A stretch of DNA of 64,000 nucleotides from an uncultured Clostridia bacterium (GTDB taxonomy: Bacteria > Bacillota > Clostridia > TANB77 > CAG-508). The translations under genes were made by a program, and so were the position numbers. Every line of letters starts with the position of its first letter. Position 1 is the first letter of the stretch. Below, in pieces: positions 17,049-26,307 of the stretch. Under the pieces are notes generated by a model. The model made no database searches and was not told the origin of the DNA. It saw only the letters and a program-made list of their open reading frames with translations. The stretch spans positions 72,245 to 136,244 of the forward strand of contig CAKPOF010000004.1 in the NCBI GenBank assembly GCA_934169725.1, written 5' to 3'.

Positions 17049-20000
17049 ATGAAAAACAAAATTTTTAAAATTAGTGTAGCTATAATGTTAATAATGACAC
17101 TAACTATGACTAATTTTATATTTTTGGGTGCAAGTCTTGTATCTTATGCAGCAGATAATGCAAGTACTAACAACAAAAATATAGAATTTAGTGCGTTTTT
17201 TAAGGATAGTGATGGTAATAGATTAACCACACTAGAAAGAACAGAAGACATGAAAGATATATCTTTATATCTATCTGTTAATGTTAATAAAGAAGGATTT
17301 TTTACAGGAGATGTAGAATTATCTAATGCAAACTTTACTTTTGCAAGTTGTGATAACCAAGCTGTAAGTAAAGTTGAAAGCAACAAGATACATCTAAATC
17401 AATTAAATGCAGGAACATCAACAGAAGTAGAAATAAAAATAACTCCTACAGATAAAGATGTATTTGACTTAAATATGTTAAATATTGAAAGTGAATTAAA
17501 ATTAACAGGTATCTACAGAGATAGTAGAGAAAAAGACATAAAAATAGATGCAACAAGAAAAGTTAATTTAAAATTGGCAGAAACAAATTCTAATACTGAT
17601 GTTGAAAATAGTTTAAAAGTAATTACAAATAAAGTGTTAAAAGTATCAGGTGAAGATAAAAGAGTTGTTCAAATTTCAATGAATATGGGATTAAAAAATA
17701 ACAATTATCCTATAAAAGAAATATATACAACAGTAAATGTTCCAGAAATAAATGGAAAAATGCCAGAAGTATCAAAAGAAGTTAACTTAAACACAATGAC
17801 AGCATCTGAATATAAAAATGAAAATGGATATGCAGAAATAACATTAAAAAATGAAAAAACAGAAACAAATAGTGTAAAATGGAAAAAACAAGGAAATGAA
17901 AATGTTATTCTTACATATATATATGATGCAAATGTTGACTTATCTAATATAGACATAACAGCACAAGAAAAAGTAAGTTTATATAATGATAAAGAAATAA
18001 CTTCAAATGAAGGAAAAGTAAAATTATCAAATGAAGAAATAGATTCAGCAATAGAAGTAAAAACATCTAATTCAGAAAACAGTATATATAAAGGAAAACT
18101 TTATTCATCAATTGATAAACAAATAGAAAGTACAACAACATTAGATGTTAATTTAGCAAATGTAGAAGAATATATTTCTATAAAAGAAGAAAATAGTAAA
18201 TACCAAGTAAATGAAAATGAAGCAAATGCTAATGTATATTATAATAAAACCACTATAAATAAAGATAGCTTTACTAAATTATTTGGTGAAGATGGAACAT
18301 TAACAATAAGCAATGAAAATGGAGAAGCACTAGCTGTAATATCAAAAGATACTGATACAGATGAAAATGGAAATGTAGTAATAGATTATACAGGTAGAGA
18401 ACCACAATCAATAGCAATAAAAACATCTACACCAAAGGCAGAAGGTACATTAGAAATTAAACATGTTAAAACAATAAAACCAATAGACATTAATACAATG
18501 AAAGCTGCTAACAAAATTGTTTCAAAAGTTGTATATGGATATAACAATTATAATCAAGGAAATGCAACATATACAAAAGGAATAGAAACAGAAGCAAATG
18601 CAGAAATAGAATTAAAAGAAACATCAACAGAAGCAAGATTAGAACTAAATAGAGATTCATTATCAACAGTTGTTTCTAATAATATAGAAATGAAATTAGT
18701 TTTAAAAACAGATGATGAATCAAAAGATTTATATAAAAATCCAATATTTAGAATAGAATTACCAGAACAAGTAGAAAGCATTCAAATTAATAAAGTTGAT
18801 TTATTATATGAAGATGAATTAAAAATTGCTAGTTGTACAACAGATGGAAGATACATTAATCTTAAATTAAATGGAGAACAAACTTCTTATAAAGCTCAAT
18901 CAATAGAAGGGGCAAATGTAATAATAGATGCAACAATAAATGTTAATAAAACATCAATTGCAAAACCAGAATCAATAAATGTATTATATAGAAACGAAAA
19001 AGCTAATGCATATGCAAATGGAGAAGAAGTAGGAAGAACATCTAAAGATATAGAAGTAGTTGCACCAAAAGATGTAACAGCTATAAATAGTATAAAAGCA
19101 TTAAATGTAGAAACAGTTGGAGAAAATGATACTAATAATGTAAGCTTACAAAGAGGAACAAATAGTAAACAAGTAGAAGTGAATTTTGAAGTTATAAATA
19201 ATAATGAAGAAAATGTACAAAATGTTAATTTAATGGGAACATTCCCAACAAAAACAGATGAAAACAATATTGATATAAAAGTTGTAGATGGAATAAAAGT
19301 TGATAATAGCAAAGTATATTATACAGAAAATGAAAATGCTACATCAGATTTAGGAAATTCTGCAAATGGATGGAAAGAAGAAATATCAAATCCAGAAACA
19401 GTAAAAAAATATTTAGTTGTTATGGATCAAATAGATTCAAGAACATCTGTAAATGGATCATATACAATAGATATACCAGAAAATCTAGAATATAACCAAA
19501 CAGCAAAAGAAGGATATGAAGTATCATATTTAAAAGGACAAGCACAAAATGCAAATACAGTAAAAGCAACAACAATTTCAATGGAAACTGGAGTTGGACC
19601 AAAACTAGAAAGTAAATTAACAGCAACAGTAGGTGGACAAGAATTAACTGATACAAGCAAAGTAAAATCAGGAGAAGTTATAAAATACAAAGTACAAGTA
19701 TCAAATGTAGGTTCAGAAGATGTAACAAATGTAAAAGTTACAGGACAAATACCAGAAGGAACATTTTTAGTACAACCAGTTGACAACTATGAATATGCAG
19801 GAACTGCATATTACAAAAGTGTAAAAGCAGATAATTATGAAACAACAATAGATAGCCTTAAAAAAGGTGAAGTTAAATATGTTGAATATGAAGTTATGGT
19901 TAGCACAAATACAGCAGATAATACATCAATAGCTAATACAGTTAAAATTAATTATTCAGATGTTAACCAAAATACTAATGAATCAAAAGTTTCTTCAGAA

Positions 20001-21974
20001 ACTGGAAACTTAAGAGCAATGGTAAAAAGAATTACTGATAGAAATGCTAGTTTATATGAAGGTGAAAGTGTAAAATATTTTGCAATTATAAAAAATACTT
20101 CATCAAGTCAAATAGATAATGTAAAAGTAAAAACCAATAAATCTGATAATTTAACAGTAGAAACATTAAAAATAATAACAGGTTTAAAAGATGAAGAGAT
20201 ATCTAACGACGATATGGTATTAACAGACTCATCTCAAAAAGATAATTCTGAAGAGCCAGATTCAGAAGAAACTGGAGATGGAACAGATGATAGCACAGAG
20301 GTAAATTCTGAAGAAATAAACTATGAAAATGAAGTTAATATAGGAACTATAAAACCAGGAGAAGTAAAAGTATTGTCTTATGGTATGCAAATAGGAAAAG
20401 CAGATAATAACGCATCTGAAATTTCAGTAGTTGCGTCTGATGGACAAAAGGAATATAAGTCAAACGTATGGTCAGATAAAATAAATAGTTTTGATGTTAA
20501 TATGTCAATAGAATCAAATACAGAAAGCAAATATGTTAGTTCAGGAGACCAAATAACATATACAATTAAAATAAAAAATAATGGAAAATCTGCAACGTCT
20601 GGAATAACTTTAAATGACGAAATTCCAGGAGCATTAACAATAAATAAAGTTTTAGTAGATGGTAATGAAAAAACAGTGAATTCAAATAATGTATATGCTG
20701 GAATCGTAGTACCAGCAAATTCAGAAAAAGTTGTAAATATAGAAACAACAGTTGATTATTCAGAATCAAGAACATCAGCAGAAACAATTACGAATAAAGC
20801 AGTAGCATTATTAGATGATGAACAAATAGCAACAACATCTGAAATAAATCATATAATAAAAGCTGATGCAACAGAGGATAATAGCAATGATGACAATAAT
20901 AATAGCAATAACAACGGCAATAATGGAGAAAACAATGGAAATATTGCTAATGGTAGTCAAATGATAAGTGGTGTAGCTTGGTATGATGAAAATGGAGATG
21001 GAAAGAAAGACAGTGGAGAAAAAACATTAAGTGGTATTACAGTTAAGTTATTAAATGTAAATACAAATCAATATGTAAAAACATCTTCAGGAGATGACTT
21101 ACAAACAACTACAAATGAAAATGGAGCATATGTGTTAGATAATATTGCAAGTGGAAAATATGTAGTAGTATTTGATTATGATAAAAATCAATATTCATTA
21201 ACTAAATATAAAGTTGATGGTGCAGGAGAATCTGTAAATTCTAATACAAGATTAAATGAATTAACAATAGGTGATTCAAAACAAGAAGTAGCATCAACAG
21301 ATATAATTAATATAGACCAAGAAAATATTTCAGATATAAATATAGGATTAATACAATTAAAGAATTTCGATTTAAAATTAGATAAATTTGTAAATAAAAT
21401 AATGGTTCAAAATTCTGCAGGAACAACAGTAAAAGAATATAACAATACAACAACTGCAAAAATTGAGTTAGATGCTAAACAAATAAAAGGTTCAACAATT
21501 ATAGTAGAATACAACATTGTAGTAACAAATGTTGGAGAAGTTGCAGGTTATGCAAGAAATATAGCAGATTATATGCCAAGTGATTTGAACTTCAGTTCTG
21601 AAATGAACAAAGATTGGTATAAAAAAGACAATACATTATACACAACTAGTATAGGTAATGATGTTATTAACCCTGGTGAATCAAAAACAGTAACATTAAC
21701 ATTGACAAAAACAATGGGTGAAGATAATGTTGTTGCAAGAAACAGTGCAGAAATTTATGAAGCTTATAATGATTTAGGATTAAAAGATAGCAATTCAACA
21801 CCAGGAAATAAAGCAAATGGAGAAAATGATATGGGATCAGCAGATGTAATCGTAAGTATTAGAACTGGTGGAGTAATTTATATGACAATAGGAATTGTTA
21901 TAGCAGTAGTATTAGTAGCTGGAATTACAGCTGGAATAATAGTAAAAAGAAAAAATTTAAAAGGTGAAGAATAG
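17049..21974 (+). CDS. Giant surface protein, type A (1641 aa): signal peptide, DUF11/CARDB-like repeat domains, SdrD B-like domain, C-terminal TM anchor
   Basis: The start at ATG 17049 follows GGAGGAGG. Signal peptide ..LVSYAADNAS. DUF11-like YKVQVSNVGSEDVTNVKVTGQIPEGT and YTIKIKNNGKSATSGITLNDEIPGAL. SdrD_B-like ISGVAWYDENGDGKKDSGEKTLSGITVKLLN..NGAYVLDNIASGKYVVVF. The C-terminus is SIRTGG followed by a TM segment and KRKNLKGEE. Confidence 0.85.
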   Translation: MKNKIFKISVAIMLIMTLTMTNFIFLGASLVSYAADNASTNNKNIEFSAFFKDSDGNRLTTLERTEDMKDISLYLSVNVNKEGFFTGDVELSNANFTFASCDNQAVSKVESNKIHLNQLNAGTSTEVEIKITPTDKDVFDLNMLNIESELKLTGIYRDSREKDIKIDATRKVNLKLAETNSNTDVENSLKVITNKVLKVSGEDKRVVQISMNMGLKNNNYPIKEIYTTVNVPEINGKMPEVSKEVNLNTMTASEYKNENGYAEITLKNEKTETNSVKWKKQGNENVILTYIYDANVDLSNIDITAQEKVSLYNDKEITSNEGKVKLSNEEIDSAIEVKTSNSENSIYKGKLYSSIDKQIESTTTLDVNLANVEEYISIKEENSKYQVNENEANANVYYNKTTINKDSFTKLFGEDGTLTISNENGEALAVISKDTDTDENGNVVIDYTGREPQSIAIKTSTPKAEGTLEIKHVKTIKPIDINTMKAANKIVSKVVYGYNNYNQGNATYTKGIETEANAEIELKETSTEARLELNRDSLSTVVSNNIEMKLVLKTDDESKDLYKNPIFRIELPEQVESIQINKVDLLYEDELKIASCTTDGRYINLKLNGEQTSYKAQSIEGANVIIDATINVNKTSIAKPESINVLYRNEKANAYANGEEVGRTSKDIEVVAPKDVTAINSIKALNVETVGENDTNNVSLQRGTNSKQVEVNFEVINNNEENVQNVNLMGTFPTKTDENNIDIKVVDGIKVDNSKVYYTENENATSDLGNSANGWKEEISNPETVKKYLVVMDQIDSRTSVNGSYTIDIPENLEYNQTAKEGYEVSYLKGQAQNANTVKATTISMETGVGPKLESKLTATVGGQELTDTSKVKSGEVIKYKVQVSNVGSEDVTNVKVTGQIPEGTFLVQPVDNYEYAGTAYYKSVKADNYETTIDSLKKGEVKYVEYEVMVSTNTADNTSIANTVKINYSDVNQNTNESKVSSETGNLRAMVKRITDRNASLYEGESVKYFAIIKNTSSSQIDNVKVKTNKSDNLTVETLKIITGLKDEEISNDDMVLTDSSQKDNSEEPDSEETGDGTDDSTEVNSEEINYENEVNIGTIKPGEVKVLSYGMQIGKADNNASEISVVASDGQKEYKSNVWSDKINSFDVNMSIESNTESKYVSSGDQITYTIKIKNNGKSATSGITLNDEIPGALTINKVLVDGNEKTVNSNNVYAGIVVPANSEKVVNIETTVDYSESRTSAETITNKAVALLDDEQIATTSEINHIIKADATEDNSNDDNNNSNNNGNNGENNGNIANGSQMISGVAWYDENGDGKKDSGEKTLSGITVKLLNVNTNQYVKTSSGDDLQTTTNENGAYVLDNIASGKYVVVFDYDKNQYSLTKYKVDGAGESVNSNTRLNELTIGDSKQEVASTDIINIDQENISDINIGLIQLKNFDLKLDKFVNKIMVQNSAGTTVKEYNNTTTAKIELDAKQIKGSTIIVEYNIVVTNVGEVAGYARNIADYMPSDLNFSSEMNKDWYKKDNTLYTTSIGNDVINPGESKTVTLTLTKTMGEDNVVARNSAEIYEAYNDLGLKDSNSTPGNKANGENDMGSADVIVSIRTGGVIYMTIGIVIAVVLVAGITAGIIVKRKNLKGEE

Positions 21975-21991
21975 AAAGGGGGGGAGAGTTA

Positions 21992-24900
21992 ATGAGTAAA
22001 ATGAAAAAATATTTTGCAGAAATAGTTATATTGATGATATCTATAATATGTCTTTTGAGTAATTTTTCAGGAGTAAAGGCAGCATCTGAATATAAATGGA
22101 GTAGTAAATACAAATTAGGAAAAACATTCTTTATTGACTATTCATCATATGAAGGTCATAAAACATTGTTTTGTGTTGAAAAAAACCAACATCAATATTC
22201 AGAAGGAAGAAACTATAAGATTATTGGTATAGCAGATATAACAGGTTTAGATGCAACAATAAAAACAAATAAGCATAAAGATGGTATAAAGAAAAATGGT
22301 TTAGGAAGAAATGCTAAATTAGCATACATAATATCTCAAAGTAAACATGCTGATGCTCAAGATGGAGTATGGCAATATATAAAAACATGGATAAAACATG
22401 TAGGTAAAGATGCAGGAATACCAGCAAATTTTGCAACTAGATATACAACAGATAATGGTGAAGATGTTGTAGATGATGCAGATTCATATATGGATAAATT
22501 AAAGAAAGCAGATATTGAAAATAAAACAAATAAAAATGCAATAAAGGTTGAATCATATAATAATCAATATAAAATTGGTCCATTTAAATGGAAATTTAAC
22601 ACAGCTTTATCAGAAATTACAGTATATGGAAAGAAAGACGATAAAGATAATCAAAAAATTTCAGGGGTTAAATTTGCACAATATAAGAATAAGACTTTAG
22701 AAAAAGTGTCTGTAAAAAATATAAAATCAGATAAGGATTTCTATTTATTAATTCCAAGTAATGGAAATTATACAGAAATTCAAAAAATTACAGCAAAAAG
22801 CGAAATAACAACAGAAGGAGCAAAAATATATTTTCTTCAATGTGTTGAAGAAAGTTGGCAAAACATAATTGCTGCAAACCCAAAACCAGGAAAGGCAGTA
22901 TTAGCAGATCTTACTGATAAAACTACAATACCACTATTAGGAAACTTAAAAGTTGAAAAAGTAATTAAAGGAGCTACAGATAAAAAATTATCAGGAGTAG
23001 GATTTATAATTCAAAAAACTGAAGAACCTAATAAAGGAAAATATGTAAAGAAAAATGGAAATAATATTGAATATGTATCAGAAGAAAGTGATGCTACAGA
23101 ATTTGTAACAGGAACAGATGGAACATTTAAAGTTGACAACCTACTTTTAGGAAAATATAAATTGATGGAAAAAACAGTTCCATATTATGGATTTGAAAAA
23201 GTAGATTCAGAGGTAGAAGTTAAAGCACCAACAAATTCAACTACAGGAAGATATACAACAAAACAAATTGGAAATGAACAAAAATATATAAAACTTTCTG
23301 GTTATGTATGGGTAGATGGAACTGATGGAAAGAATTCTAAGCCAAATTATTATTATGATTATGATAATAATAGTGATCAACTATTAGAAAATGTAAAAGT
23401 TGAGTTAGTAGACAAAACAAATGGTTCAGTAGTAAAATCTACAACAACTAAAAAAATAAGTGATGGTAATGGAAAAGACGGACAAATATTAAGATATTAT
23501 CAATTTACAGAGGTAGAAACTGAAAACTTAGATAAATATTATGTTAGATTCACATATGATGGATTAACATATAAAACTGTACCAGCAAATATTAATGCTA
23601 ATAATGGTTCAAAAGCTATAGAAAATAGTAATGATAGAACAGAATTTAATAACAAATTTAGTGTTGTACAAGGAGTTTCAGAAACAACTGGAGAGACATT
23701 AGATCAAAATGGAAATAAAGCATATGATTTATCATATACCAAAGATAAAGAACAACATACATCAACATTAAATAATAATGGATTACCAACAGGACAATTC
23801 CCAATAACTGCAAATACAAGTAATGCAGGATATGATATAAAATCACACTTTACATATGGACAAGAAGAAATACCATATATCAACCTAGGATTAGTAAAAA
23901 AAGAACAACCAGATTTAGCTTTAATAAAAGATATGCAAAATGTACGATTATCTGTAAATGGATATGAACATGTTTATGAATATGCTCAAAGATTTAAAAA
24001 TCAAGGTGGGTATGGAGACGGATTTAATGTAGGTGTTAAATTCGGAACAGGAAATTATGATAAACCATATACAAGAGCAATATATAAATCTGATTATGAA
24101 TATGTAAATGAAGCTGATGCGTCAAAAGAATTGAAAGTATATATAACATATAGAATAGCAGTAAGAAATGAGTCAACAAATTTAGTATCACAAGTAAATA
24201 GCTTAGTAGATTATTATGATAGCACTTACCAAAATGCTAAAAAAGGTTCAGGAGTTAATGAAAAAGGTGAACTTACAGGTGATGTAGAAACACTAACAAC
24301 TGAAAGATATAATGACAAATATTCAAAAGCTATAATAAACATGAATACAAAAATAGAAGCAGAAAAACAAGAAGAAATATATGTACAATTTGAGTTAAGC
24401 AGAACGGCAGTAGCAAGTTTATTACAAGATCAAACAACATTAGACAATGTAGTTGAAATAAATTCATATACAACATTTGGTAAAGATAATGAAGGAAATC
24501 TATATGTACGTGCTGGTGTAGATGTAGATTCAAATCCAGGAAATGCAATTCCAGGAGATAAATCAACATATGAAGATGATACAGACTCAAGTCCATCATT
24601 AAAATTAGAATTAGCTGACGCAAGAGAATTAACAGGTAAAGTATTCTTAGATTCAACTGATCGTGAACTAAAAGTAGGACAAGTAAGAGAAGGTGATGGT
24701 AAATACACAGATGGTGAAAAAGGAATTAAAGATGTAAATATTACATTTAAAGAAAATACTGGAAGTGGAAAAACATACACAGCTACAACAGATGAAAATG
24801 GTGACTTCATTATTAAAGATTATATACCAGGTGATTATACATTAACATATACATGGGGAGATAAAACATATACAGTACAAAATTATAAAGGAACAATATA

Positions 24901-26008
24901 TGATAAAAATAGATATAATCAAAATATAGCTAATAAAGAGTGGTATAAAAATGATGTAGAAACTAGATGGACAGATGCAGTAGATAATTATGAAACAAGA
25001 AAAGCCATTGATGCTGAACTTACAAAGATTGATAGTGAAACAACACCAACTATAGACAAGATGGATTCAACAACACCAACAATGGGAATAGGTGTAGAAT
25101 ATGATACAACAACAACAGCATCATCAGGTGATAAATACACATATGTAATTAAAAATATTGATTTTGGTATTGTTGAAAGAGCAAGACAAAATATCGAACT
25201 AGAAAAACGTGTTAAATCAATGAAAGTTACATTAGCAAATGGACAAACATTAGTAAACGTAACAATCAATGCTGATGGAAAAATAGAAGGTGAAAAATCT
25301 AGTTTAACATATCTTGCACCTTCACCAAGTAATGCAAATGGAACAGTTAGACTTGAAATGGACAGTGAATTAATTCAAGGTTCAAAGCTAGAAGTTACTT
25401 ATGAAATAAAAGCAGTTAATAGAAGTGAATTAGATTACATATCTGAAGATTTCTATAAATATGGTGAAGTAAAAGGTAGTGTAGTAACTATTAAACCATC
25501 AAAGGTTATAGATTACTTAGATAGTGATTGGGATTTCAATTCAGATAATAATTCTGGATGGATATATGTAAATGCAACAGATGGAGATTTAGAAAGAAAT
25601 AACATAAAATTAAAATATGATATTAACAATACTAAAAGCATAAAAGACAGAAAAATATTATATACAACAAAATTTGAAAAAGATTTAAAACCTACAGAAG
25701 AAGACAAAGTTGAGTTAAATACTTCTAAAATATTAACATCATCAGGAGATATTGAATTAGATAATGAGAGTGAAATTATAGAAATTACAAAAACAGGAGG
25801 AGGAACTCCAAAAGATTCAACACCAGGTAACTATGTACCAGGTAAAGGACCATATGAATCAGATGATTCAAGAGCAGAAAAAATAATTATAACACCTAAC
25901 ACAGGTGAAAACCATAATTATATACTTCCAATAGCAGTAATAATGTCAGCATTTATCATATTAGGTTCAGGAATAGTATTTATTAAGAAAAAAGTTCTAA
26001 ATAAATAA
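21992..26008 (+). CDS. Giant surface protein, type B (1338 aa): signal peptide, Cys-containing N-terminal adhesin-like domain, SpaA/Cna-B-type domains, C-terminal TM anchor
   Basis: Signal peptide ..FSGVKAAS. Prealbumin-fold-like GNLKVEKVIKGATDKKLSGVGFIIQK..TDGTFKVDNLLLGKYKLMEK. SdrD_B-like LTGKVFLDSTDRELKVGQVREGDGKYTDGEKGIKDVNITF..DENGDFIIKDYIPGDYTLTY. The C-terminus is TPNTGE followed by a TM segment and KKKVLNK. Confidence 0.85.
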   Translation: MSKMKKYFAEIVILMISIICLLSNFSGVKAASEYKWSSKYKLGKTFFIDYSSYEGHKTLFCVEKNQHQYSEGRNYKIIGIADITGLDATIKTNKHKDGIKKNGLGRNAKLAYIISQSKHADAQDGVWQYIKTWIKHVGKDAGIPANFATRYTTDNGEDVVDDADSYMDKLKKADIENKTNKNAIKVESYNNQYKIGPFKWKFNTALSEITVYGKKDDKDNQKISGVKFAQYKNKTLEKVSVKNIKSDKDFYLLIPSNGNYTEIQKITAKSEITTEGAKIYFLQCVEESWQNIIAANPKPGKAVLADLTDKTTIPLLGNLKVEKVIKGATDKKLSGVGFIIQKTEEPNKGKYVKKNGNNIEYVSEESDATEFVTGTDGTFKVDNLLLGKYKLMEKTVPYYGFEKVDSEVEVKAPTNSTTGRYTTKQIGNEQKYIKLSGYVWVDGTDGKNSKPNYYYDYDNNSDQLLENVKVELVDKTNGSVVKSTTTKKISDGNGKDGQILRYYQFTEVETENLDKYYVRFTYDGLTYKTVPANINANNGSKAIENSNDRTEFNNKFSVVQGVSETTGETLDQNGNKAYDLSYTKDKEQHTSTLNNNGLPTGQFPITANTSNAGYDIKSHFTYGQEEIPYINLGLVKKEQPDLALIKDMQNVRLSVNGYEHVYEYAQRFKNQGGYGDGFNVGVKFGTGNYDKPYTRAIYKSDYEYVNEADASKELKVYITYRIAVRNESTNLVSQVNSLVDYYDSTYQNAKKGSGVNEKGELTGDVETLTTERYNDKYSKAIINMNTKIEAEKQEEIYVQFELSRTAVASLLQDQTTLDNVVEINSYTTFGKDNEGNLYVRAGVDVDSNPGNAIPGDKSTYEDDTDSSPSLKLELADARELTGKVFLDSTDRELKVGQVREGDGKYTDGEKGIKDVNITFKENTGSGKTYTATTDENGDFIIKDYIPGDYTLTYTWGDKTYTVQNYKGTIYDKNRYNQNIANKEWYKNDVETRWTDAVDNYETRKAIDAELTKIDSETTPTIDKMDSTTPTMGIGVEYDTTTTASSGDKYTYVIKNIDFGIVERARQNIELEKRVKSMKVTLANGQTLVNVTINADGKIEGEKSSLTYLAPSPSNANGTVRLEMDSELIQGSKLEVTYEIKAVNRSELDYISEDFYKYGEVKGSVVTIKPSKVIDYLDSDWDFNSDNNSGWIYVNATDGDLERNNIKLKYDINNTKSIKDRKILYTTKFEKDLKPTEEDKVELNTSKILTSSGDIELDNESEIIEITKTGGGTPKDSTPGNYVPGKGPYESDDSRAEKIIITPNTGENHNYILPIAVIMSAFIILGSGIVFIKKKVLNK

Positions 26009-26014
26009 TATATA

Positions 26015-26056
26015 AAAAAGAAAAAGTAGATTAATATCTGCTTTTTCTTTTTTTGC
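26015..26056 (+). terminator. Intrinsic terminator ending the A-B operon
   Basis: AAAAAGAAAAAG-loop-CTTTTTCTTTTT followed by a T-run. Confidence 0.7.
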
Positions 26057-26131
26057 CTTAAAGCTTACGTAAATAAGGGTTTAAATATATTTATAAAAAA
26101 TTAAAATGAAATCAATAAATATAAAAAAGAG

Positions 26132-26222
26132 ATGTAACAAAAATGTAAAAAAAATTTAATATTTTCTTGTAAAAAGTAAAAATAATATTTTCCGCAACAC
26201 GATATATGTCACATTTTGTAAT
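26132..26222 (+). promoter_or_regulatory. Second cluster of (A/T)TGTAAY boxes upstream of the A'-B' operon
   Basis: ATGTAAC 26132, ATGTAAA 26143 (11-bp spacing), TTGTAAA 26167, TTGTAAT 26216, all on the same strand as in the first array. Confidence 0.4.
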
Positions 26223-26247
26223 AAACAAAAAATGGAAAAATAAGATA

Positions 26248-26276
26248 TTGATTAAAAAATAAAGATGAAAGATAAT
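26248..26276 (+). promoter_or_regulatory. Candidate sigma-A promoter of the A'-B' operon
   Basis: TTGATT (26248-26253), a 17-nt spacer, then GATAAT (26271-26276). Confidence 0.4.
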
Positions 26277-26307
26277 AAATTATATTATTGAAATAGTGGG
26301 GGATATT

